Origin: Methanococcus maripaludis
GTDB lineage: Archaea; AGJL01; Methanococci; Methanococcales; Methanococcaceae
Direction: 5' to 3'
Length of the DNA stretch: 32,000 nucleotides
Assembly (NCBI RefSeq): GCF_002945325.1
Contig: NZ_CP026606.1
Location: forward strand, 630,001-662,000
Numbering within the stretch: the stretch's first letter is position 1; each line of letters starts with the position of its first letter. Positions 16,619-23,656 of this stretch are shown here, in pieces. The position numbers and the translations under genes were made by a program. The notes beneath the pieces are model-generated. The model worked only from the letters and a program-made list of their open reading frames with translations, searched no databases and had not been told where the DNA came from.

Positions 16619-17167
16619 ATGTTAGGAATTATCAAATCAGCAGTTTCAAAACTTATGGATGCATTTACTAAAAAATCAAGATCTGAAAAAATCGATGAAA
16701 TTAGAGAAGAAATTAAAAAAGATCCAACATCATTTGAAAAGGGAACAGCTTTTGAATTATGTTGTTTGGACATATTTTCAGAAAAGGACTTTGACTTACT
16801 TGAAATGACACATAATCCGGATTCTGCAAATGGCAGATTTGTTAAAAGTGATTTAAACCCGGATTTACAGTTTAAAAATAAAAAAACAGATAGTGTTTTT
16901 AGTGTTGAATGCAAATACAGAAGCAGTTTATATAAAGGGGCTTTTAGCTGGGCTAAAAATAAAGCTCAAGCTGACAGATACAGAGAATATGAAAAAGAAA
17001 ATGAAATTTCCGTATTTGTTGCAATGGGGTTAGGTGGAACTCCTGAAAAACCAGAACAAATTTTCTTAATGCCTTTAAAAGAAATAAAATATAATTCACT
17101 CTACCCTAGTGTTTTAAACGATTATGAAATAAAAGAAGCTAAAGATGTATTTAAAATATTAAACTAA
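16619..17167 (+). CDS. PD-(D/E)xK (restriction-endonuclease-fold) nuclease-like protein (182 aa)
   Basis: GTAFELCCLDIF helix, then NPDLQF ... SVFSVECKY, giving the D ... E-x-K arrangement typical of Mrr/restriction-endonuclease cores. Confidence 0.65.
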   Translation: MLGIIKSAVSKLMDAFTKKSRSEKIDEIREEIKKDPTSFEKGTAFELCCLDIFSEKDFDLLEMTHNPDSANGRFVKSDLNPDLQFKNKKTDSVFSVECKYRSSLYKGAFSWAKNKAQADRYREYEKENEISVFVAMGLGGTPEKPEQIFLMPLKEIKYNSLYPSVLNDYEIKEAKDVFKILN

Positions 17168-17217
17168 TCCAAATAATTAATTATTTTTTTAATTTTTACA
17201 GTTATCTGGTGGATAAA

Positions 17218-17619
17218 ATGGACGGCCCACATAAAATGCTCATTTGTATAGTTGTAATTCTCTCAGCATTCAGTCCTTTTATAGAAGATGCAATTTACAA
17301 CTATTCTCATGACGTTAATATAGAAGAAATCAGGTTTTCATACCATCCAAATAGTGAATATTTTAATGGAACAAGCGGTGAAATGGATGAAAACGGAACT
17401 TTAAGGTTAATTGTTACACCTACCGATAAATTTAGAAATTTAACGTATGATGAACAGGTTAAATGGATGAATCGGGCAGGAAATGCATTAAGAGACGATG
17501 CAATTTTAAAAAATACAATTGAAAAGGATACTCCAGTATTTGTAACATTTGAAAGCGAGTGCTATCAAGACGGAAAAGACTGTAAAATAGATTATTTTGG
17601 AAATTGGAGTTTTGAATAA
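17218..17619 (+). CDS. Small membrane-anchored/secreted protein (133 aa)
   Basis: GGTGG lies 5 nt before ATG 17218. N-terminal hydrophobic segment MLICIVVILSAFSPFI. Lies 50 nt downstream of the nuclease-like gene. Confidence 0.55.
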   Translation: MDGPHKMLICIVVILSAFSPFIEDAIYNYSHDVNIEEIRFSYHPNSEYFNGTSGEMDENGTLRLIVTPTDKFRNLTYDEQVKWMNRAGNALRDDAILKNTIEKDTPVFVTFESECYQDGKDCKIDYFGNWSFE

Positions 17620-17627
17620 ATTTTGAT

Positions 17628-17663
17628 TTAAATTACTTTTTTTAAATTGATTGAAAAAAGAAA
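17628..17663. repeat. 36-nt direct repeat, copy 2; putative bidirectional terminator
   Basis: ttaaattactttttttaaattgattgaaaaaagaaa. It sits between convergent stops (17619 and 17698). Weaker similarity continues about 25 nt further in both copies. Confidence 0.8.
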
Positions 17664-17697
17664 TATTATTCAATTCTAAAAATTAAAATTAGGTAAA

Positions 17698-18720
17698 TTA
17701 AACTCTTACCTTAGAGTGAGTTTCATATTTATTTCCCGAATGTTTAGATTCCAGATAATCATCATCCAGTATTTTAATAACTGTAGCATAGTTTTTGCTA
17801 TTAATTATTAAATTATCATTCTCATCAAATTCAATTTCATCTAATTTAAATTCCGATTTTGTATCAGATATTGAATTATGATCCCAAGTTTTGTAACTTT
17901 TAGTATTCAATACCGTAGCAAATTTTTTAGTAAGATCTTTATTACGTTTGGATAAACTTACCAGTACTTCAAGATTATCTTTATCGATAATTTTTTGCTC
18001 AACCAATTTATCTTTTTTATCATCAATTTCTTTTTTGTATCCTTCATGGAAATCAAAAAATAATTCAATACCATTTTTGTTAAATACATACATAATTTCA
18101 GAGATATCTTCAGAAGCCATCTCTTTACCCTTATAAATCATTCCATCAAATTTATCTTCAAGTGCAAAAATACTATCTTCGATTTTATCGAATTTACCAT
18201 TATTTCTATTAAATACCATGTTTAAAGTGCCTTTTCCAAGCAATTTAAGAGGAGAATGTTTTTTAATAAATATCAAATTTTTAGATATTTCTTTTTTGTT
18301 ATCAAAGATATCAATGGTTACAATATATCCCCAAATTTTTTTTATGTTTTTTAATGCATTGCTATTTAAAAACTCGGGATCCCCGTAAGTTTTATCATAA
18401 ATATCTTCAAAATGGGGAATATCTTCTGCAGACATGACTTCAATAACTTTTTTATCATATTTCGCCATTGGAGAATATTTTGGGTAAAAATATTCATCAC
18501 CACATCGAATTCCCACTTCAAGTTGGGCAATTTTCAATAATTCCTGCTCTATTGCGTGATTTGAATTAAATTCTGTTCTCCAAATTTTATGTGTTATCAA
18601 TTCTTTCTTTTTAGTTCGTTCTACAAAATTCAAAGTTATATTACCCAAATTAAGATTTTCGTCTTTTAACATCTTGTATATATCAGGCATTTTTAATATA
18701 GTAGCGACATTTATTTCCAT
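17698..18720 (-). CDS. Cytoplasmic 340-aa protein, second gene of a two-gene operon (KwaB/DUF4868-like by architecture only)
   Basis: ORF track entry. Starts 3 nt after the stop of the 4-TM gene. Lys/Glu/Asp-rich. No catalytic motif recognised. Confidence 0.7.
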   Translation of the reverse strand: MEINVATILKMPDIYKMLKDENLNLGNITLNFVERTKKKELITHKIWRTEFNSNHAIEQELLKIAQLEVGIRCGDEYFYPKYSPMAKYDKKVIEVMSAEDIPHFEDIYDKTYGDPEFLNSNALKNIKKIWGYIVTIDIFDNKKEISKNLIFIKKHSPLKLLGKGTLNMVFNRNNGKFDKIEDSIFALEDKFDGMIYKGKEMASEDISEIMYVFNKNGIELFFDFHEGYKKEIDDKKDKLVEQKIIDKDNLEVLVSLSKRNKDLTKKFATVLNTKSYKTWDHNSISDTKSEFKLDEIEFDENDNLIINSKNYATVIKILDDDYLESKHSGNKYETHSKVRV

Positions 18721-18723
18721 AAT

Positions 18724-19401
18724 CTACACTTCTTTAAAGATATTATTTCCATACATATGTTTTAATTGTAATTTATCATCGATTTTCAGATCTTTTTTAG
18801 TGATTATCAAAGCATCTGAATAAGTTTTAGGATTTGGTGACATATTGGCTCCTTTTTTAATGGATGCACGATACATTTTGTATCCAAAAGACGTTAAAAC
18901 AGGATTTATAAACACTAAATCAGTAGAAATTGCTACCGAACGCATAATTCCTAAAAATAATATAAAAGCTAAAATATTTGTGAATTTACATAAATCAAAT
19001 CCCATAAATGCAATCATATATGGCACAAAATAATCCAGCGCATCTTTTGTACGATTTTCAAAATCTACCACCACATATTCTTTTGCAGAAGTAGTTCTTG
19101 TACAATACCAAAATAAAGCCCAAAATATCAATGTAGGAGTAAAAAATACAATAATAAAAACTATTCCAATAGTTAAAGGAATTGAAACATTTCCCATACC
19201 CACAGTTTGTGGAATTGTGGAAGTACAGTTTATAAACGGCATTTCTATACAAGAGCACGTTTCTGTAAAATAAATTGCGGAAAATATCAGAAATAATGGC
19301 AAATAAGAAAACATGAATAAACCGGTATTTATGGTCCAGCCTATACTCCAGCCTATAAGTTTATCCCAACGATTTTTTTGATTTTTCCCCTCAGTCCCCA
19401 T
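18724..19401 (-). CDS. Four-TM membrane protein (225 aa), first gene of the two-gene operon (KwaA-like by architecture only)
   Basis: Hydrophobic helices LFMFSYLPLFLIFSAIYF, IPLTIGIVFIIVFFTPTLIFWALFWY, YFVPYMIAFMGF and ILAFILFLGIMRSVAI, then a soluble roughly 50-aa tail. A TATA-like catatatat lies about 45 nt upstream. Confidence 0.7.
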   Translation of the reverse strand: MGTEGKNQKNRWDKLIGWSIGWTINTGLFMFSYLPLFLIFSAIYFTETCSCIEMPFINCTSTIPQTVGMGNVSIPLTIGIVFIIVFFTPTLIFWALFWYCTRTTSAKEYVVVDFENRTKDALDYFVPYMIAFMGFDLCKFTNILAFILFLGIMRSVAISTDLVFINPVLTSFGYKMYRASIKKGANMSPNPKTYSDALIITKKDLKIDDKLQLKHMYGNNIFKEV

Positions 19402-19521
19402 GAAAACACCTAAATTGTACCGAAGAGGTCTTTATCTCTTCATATATATGATAGTTTTCATGACGTAATATTTTAAGAATTAGTTGTACGATTGTAAAAA
19501 TAATTTTAAGATAGCATTAAT

Positions 19522-20451
19522 TTATCGAGGACCGATAAATCTATCCCCATTATAGTGTATCATGTGATCAGGATTTTCTGAAATCCAAACTTCAGTATCC
19601 CATGCAATATCTGCAACATATTTTTTGAAAGTAGCTTTATCCCTAAAGCAGCTCACATATATTTTTCCACACTTACAGTCTTCAAGCATTTCTTCAAGTT
19701 CATAGTACCGTTTATCTGAAACTGGGCCATGAGAAGTAACTGCTTCAATTAAATAAATCCAGTTATTCTTTTCATCATACAAAACAACATCTGGAAGCTT
19801 ATCATGTTTAGTCATTGGAATTCCAAGCTTTTCAAGTTCTTCATCCAATTTATAAAGGTTTTTATGTGCGGTATCCCCAACATAAAGAACTTTTGAACCA
19901 CCTGCAAATCTAGGTCCAAATTCTTCAATAATTTCTTTTTGTAATTCATTATGTTCTCCAGAAGAAAATTCAAGTTCCGTATCATCAACTTTAACTGAAA
20001 TTTTATGAATTTCCCTAATTCCCTGATATTTTTCAGAAAGTGAAGTTTTATTCTCTAAAAACCATTCAACAGACTTTTCAAAATCATCAGTTTCGTATGT
20101 TTTTAAAACTTCTAAAAATTCAGGAGTTAAGGAATAAACTGTTTTACCACTGTTTGTAGGTCTTTTTGGATCATCTCGATTCCTTTCAACAATTCCAGCA
20201 TGTTCAAACTGGTGTATTGTCTGCCGCCTTATTGTTTCCCTGCTATTTTCAGCATAAGTATATCCATAATTTTCAGAAATAAACAATAAAATATCATGAA
20301 TTCTAACTAAATTATCTTCTGAATCTTTCCAATCACTGTTTTCTTGGATATTTGCAAGTGCTAAAAGAGTATATGCACTTCTATTATTTTGCTGCTTCAC
20401 TGGAAGCTCAAATTTCTTTAAAATAGTTAAAGCTTCGTCTAACTTTCCCAT
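19522..20451 (-). CDS. Type II restriction endonuclease, BsuBI/PstI-like (309 aa from ATG 20451; alternative TTG at 20466)
   Basis: Lies immediately downstream of the methyltransferase. PD...E core LPDVVLYDEKNNWIYLIEAVTSHGPV. N-terminal wHTH-like region. The size matches R.PstI-class enzymes. Confidence 0.6.
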   Translation of the reverse strand: MGKLDEALTILKKFELPVKQQNNRSAYTLLALANIQENSDWKDSEDNLVRIHDILLFISENYGYTYAENSRETIRRQTIHQFEHAGIVERNRDDPKRPTNSGKTVYSLTPEFLEVLKTYETDDFEKSVEWFLENKTSLSEKYQGIREIHKISVKVDDTELEFSSGEHNELQKEIIEEFGPRFAGGSKVLYVGDTAHKNLYKLDEELEKLGIPMTKHDKLPDVVLYDEKNNWIYLIEAVTSHGPVSDKRYYELEEMLEDCKCGKIYVSCFRDKATFKKYVADIAWDTEVWISENPDHMIHYNGDRFIGPR

Positions 20452-20468
20452 ACTACCCTTCCACAAAA

Positions 20469-21977
20469 TTAGATATTAAATATATTATTGACAATATCAT
20501 TACATTTATCAACACTTAAATCATTTTCTTTTAGAATTAAGTCTCCAATTCTGACAATGAGTTCTTTTTCGGGAAGAGGCATTGAATTTACTTCTGTAGC
20601 ATTTACCTGAGTAGATCCATTTACAATTCTATAATATTTATCTAAGATATCACAATTAAAGAGAGCATAGAGACCAAATAATTCGTTTAATTCCATATTA
20701 CCTGATTCTTTCACAATATAATTAAGATGATTTTCAAATCCAATCTGTGGATAATTAAATTCTTTTGAAGAATAAATTGCAGCTTGAAGCCTTCTTTTCT
20801 CTTCTTTTGAAGTAAACCGTTTCAATAATAAATAATCCTTATTTTTCAAAAGTAACTTTTTAGATTCAGAATTATTCAAAATATACGGGGGTTTTCCGTC
20901 CTTTGTAACTGGAAATCTTATTAATCCGTCATTAAAATTATGTAACCACAAAAGAGGAACAGTTTCATTCGAGGGTTCATTTTTTAAATATTCTAATGAT
21001 CGAAAATCGACTACAGGCCCGGTTTTTAACTTATATCCTAGTTTAACTAAATTATACTTCCAGTTTGACATTAAATTCATGATTTTTACGTCTTCTTCGT
21101 TTGTAGGTAACAATATGAATTTATTTTCATTTTTCGTTATTACTGTATCATAAGGCATGTAAATTTGAAAAATATTTTTGGATAAATCAGAATCTGTACT
21201 TTCTGAAATACACATCATATCTTCATTTAATCTTGATTTTACAGCTTTTAAAATAATTGTTTCCTGCAATACCTGATCGTTTCCAAACACGTTTTTCCTT
21301 GAAACAAACAAATGTATTCGAGAAATATTTACATTTTCAAGGAACCATGTTCTAAATTTTTTAAAATAAAGACCCGATGTAAAGCTTCTTGGATTAATAA
21401 ATATGAACTCTCCATTTTCCTTTAACAATTTTAAAGCCATTGCCATGAATAAAAAATAAATATTGGGCTGACCGTGCACAATAGAATTCATAGCTACAGC
21501 TTCTTCGCAAGACTTGCTTATTTTTTTGTAAGGTGGATTAGAGATTACAAGATCGTAACGCCCAACAGAGTCTGAATTCCAGTTATCTACATTCAATGTT
21601 ACAAAATTGCCATGTATAATTTTATATGTGAATTTTATGGGCGAATTTTCTAATTTATGTTTAATATATTCCATTGATTTAGTTAAAATGGGTAAAACAT
21701 CAGAATCTACTTCATAAAGATCAATATGGAGTCTTTTTAAATTTTTATGGGTTTTAAATTTATCAACAAGTGCTGTCGCTAAAATACCGGTGCCTGAACC
21801 ACAATCTAAAATATTTAATTCTTCAAAATTTTCATAGTCGCCGGATAAACTAGCCATAAAGTCGGCAACAGCTGCAGGTGTAAAAAATTGGCCTATTTTC
21901 TTCCTATCTTTCTTAGACTTCTTTTCCAAATATTTATTCGTGTATTCTTGGACTTCATTTACAAGTGATTCCTGCAT
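20469..21977 (-). CDS. N6-adenine DNA methyltransferase, gamma class (M.PstI/Eco57I-like, 502 aa)
   Basis: SAM motif ILDCGSGTGIL precedes the catalytic motif DLVISNPPYKK. FFTP near the N-terminus. Confidence 0.9.
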   Translation of the reverse strand: MQESLVNEVQEYTNKYLEKKSKKDRKKIGQFFTPAAVADFMASLSGDYENFEELNILDCGSGTGILATALVDKFKTHKNLKRLHIDLYEVDSDVLPILTKSMEYIKHKLENSPIKFTYKIIHGNFVTLNVDNWNSDSVGRYDLVISNPPYKKISKSCEEAVAMNSIVHGQPNIYFLFMAMALKLLKENGEFIFINPRSFTSGLYFKKFRTWFLENVNISRIHLFVSRKNVFGNDQVLQETIILKAVKSRLNEDMMCISESTDSDLSKNIFQIYMPYDTVITKNENKFILLPTNEEDVKIMNLMSNWKYNLVKLGYKLKTGPVVDFRSLEYLKNEPSNETVPLLWLHNFNDGLIRFPVTKDGKPPYILNNSESKKLLLKNKDYLLLKRFTSKEEKRRLQAAIYSSKEFNYPQIGFENHLNYIVKESGNMELNELFGLYALFNCDILDKYYRIVNGSTQVNATEVNSMPLPEKELIVRIGDLILKENDLSVDKCNDIVNNIFNI

Positions 21978-21998
21978 AATTAGACCCCATTTTAAAAA

Positions 21999-22886
21999 TC
22001 ATTTCTTATTATTCATAACTCGTAAATACTCTTTTTTCCTTGATTCCTTGTTCGAGTGAACGTATCCCGAAGTAGTATTCAAGTTTGAATGACCCATTAT
22101 TTTTGAAAGAACAATCAAGTTCATTTCATCTTCACAGGCTAAAGTTCCAAAGGTATGCCTGAAAACGTGTGGAGTAACATCAAAAGGAATTTTATCTTTT
22201 GTAACTTCCTTTAAATAGTCTCTAAATTTATCTATTGCGTAATTTGTAACCTTTTTACCATTCTTAGTTACAAAAAAGCAGTCTGTTTTTAAATTTAAAT
22301 TCTCTCTGTATTCGATATAATTTTTAAGATATCCTAAAAGTTCGTTATCGATAAATACATATCTATCTTTTCCGCCTTTTCCATCCCGAATGTAAATTGA
22401 GCGGTCTTCTAAATCTACATCATTTAAAAGTATGTTTTGAAATTCAGAAATCCTAACACCCGTTTTTAAAAGAAATAGTGTGTAAACATAATAATCATAG
22501 TCCATTACTTTTGCTAAAACTGTTTGAACTTGTTTTTCACTTAAATTCAATCTCTCCTTTTTTTCAAATTTGAGAGTTTTTACAAAGGTTTTCACTGGAT
22601 TTTTAAATAAATACTGATGTTCTACCGCCCATTCATAAAATCGATTAACATCATTTAATCTTTTGATTTTAGTATTCTTATTTACAGGCCTTCCATCTTC
22701 GGCTTTGTTATATCCATTATAGAAGTTTATTGCATCTTCTATTGTGATATTTTCCCAGGTTTTATTTTCGTCAAAATATCTTGTAAATGCCTTTAAACCG
22801 GATTTATAGTATTTTACAGTATTTTGACTGTGACCTGAATGAAATTTTAAGAATTTTTCAACAAGTTTTTCTGAAGATTCATCCAT
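21999..22886 (-). CDS. Tyrosine recombinase/integrase (XerC/D-phage integrase family, 295 aa)
   Basis: Catalytic residues in order: GVRISE (R), GKGGKDR (K), HVFRHT (HxxR), GHSNL (H), SGYVH (Y). Confidence 0.9.
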   Translation of the reverse strand: MDESSEKLVEKFLKFHSGHSQNTVKYYKSGLKAFTRYFDENKTWENITIEDAINFYNGYNKAEDGRPVNKNTKIKRLNDVNRFYEWAVEHQYLFKNPVKTFVKTLKFEKKERLNLSEKQVQTVLAKVMDYDYYVYTLFLLKTGVRISEFQNILLNDVDLEDRSIYIRDGKGGKDRYVFIDNELLGYLKNYIEYRENLNLKTDCFFVTKNGKKVTNYAIDKFRDYLKEVTKDKIPFDVTPHVFRHTFGTLACEDEMNLIVLSKIMGHSNLNTTSGYVHSNKESRKKEYLRVMNNKK

Positions 22887-22894
22887 GGTATCCC

Positions 22895-23443
22895 TTAATT
22901 TCTAGTAATTATTTCGTATTCTTCACCCATTGGAAGCATTACTTCCCTAAGTCTAAAATATACTTTACCGTCTTCAACTCTTTGCTCTACAGTGGCCCCA
23001 AATTCTCTATGATTTGCTAAAATATATTTGAAAAGGTTAATTTTACGATCATCAGTTGCATAATTTAGTACAACAAGAATTTCATCCCAAGCTGTCCATA
23101 CATCGTCATCTTTACTTCTTAAATAATCCTTAATTTTTACGTACATATCTTGAATTTCAGTATCAGTATAAATTGATACTAAATAATCAGATAGATCTTG
23201 TAAAGCAGTTGTAACTTTATCGTTTGATTCTTTTGTTGCAAATTGTGCATTTTCTAAAAGTGAGATAATTTTATCTAATTTTGAATCGGTACTTTCGTTA
23301 CCTTTTTCATAAATTCTATCTACCATGTTCATGCAAAATTTTGCATATGATCCAACACTTGAAAAACCCTTTTCTTTTGCCATCTCTTGATACTTTTTAC
23401 GTTCACTATCATCAGTACAATATACTTGCAAAAGTACAGCCAA
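22895..23443 (-). CDS. Hypothetical protein with a possible N-terminal ribbon-helix-helix domain (182 aa); candidate regulator or excision factor
   Basis: LLQVYCTDDSERKKYQEMAKEKGFSSVGSYAKFCMNMV has a strand-helix-helix pattern. TTG start with GGGGTGG upstream. Lies 8 nt upstream of the integrase gene. Confidence 0.5.
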   Translation of the reverse strand: MAVLLQVYCTDDSERKKYQEMAKEKGFSSVGSYAKFCMNMVDRIYEKGNESTDSKLDKIISLLENAQFATKESNDKVTTALQDLSDYLVSIYTDTEIQDMYVKIKDYLRSKDDDVWTAWDEILVVLNYATDDRKINLFKYILANHREFGATVEQRVEDGKVYFRLREVMLPMGEEYEIITRN

Positions 23444-23528
23444 AAAACCACCCCTTTATATATCAAATCCTGTTTAATATATTGGATGAAATGAATATTT
23501 AATTATATATTAATATAATATATAAACC

Positions 23529-23616
23529 ACTCGATGATGATTGTCATCCCTGCTGACTTTAATTTGTAGTATTAGTTGCAAATTAAAGAAATGATGAATA
23601 CAGGGTTACTGAGAGT
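23529..23616 (+). ncRNA. C/D-box sRNA-like RNA with an internal hairpin (double K-turn candidate)
   Basis: C box ATGATGA at 23534-23540. 12-nt spacer. D' CTGA at 23553-23556. 10-bp stem CTTTAATTTG/CAAATTAAAG (23557-66 and 23579-88). C' ATGATGA at 23591-97. 11-nt spacer. D CTGA at 23609-12. Terminal ACTC/GAGT pairing. TATA-like ttatatat at 23503-10. T-run after 23620. Confidence 0.5.
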
Positions 23617-23656
23617 TGCTTTATTTTCCGATATATTAAAAAATTTAAAAAGTTAA

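Larger units (their letters stand above)
1..23528. mobile_element. Integrated virus/plasmid-like element. The left end is outside the window and the right end is approximate, somewhere in 23444-23528.
   Basis: Tyrosine integrase at 21999-22886. Long co-directional train of overlapping or coupled small ORFs of unknown function. Surface/membrane protein module. R-M and other defence-type genes. Abrupt switch to recognisable housekeeping genes after 23.6 kb. No att repeat could be identified inside the window. Confidence 0.6.

Noticed and set aside
16600-16914. 104-aa minus-strand ORF overlapping the nuclease-like gene
   Set aside because: It is antisense to an ORF with RBS, promoter and PD-(D/E)xK motifs, and has a Ser/Phe/Leu-rich composition.
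17698-18720. HEPN motif in the 340-aa protein (RTEFNSNH)
   Set aside because: The Rx6H spacing is at the limit, the residue after R is not the usual N, D or H, and the motif is N-terminal rather than in a recognisable four-helix context. It is probably a chance match.
23444-23656. tRNA gene as the integration target at the right junction
   Set aside because: No cloverleaf or T-loop (GGTTCGAATCC-like) sequence on either strand. Only the C/D-box-like element is present.
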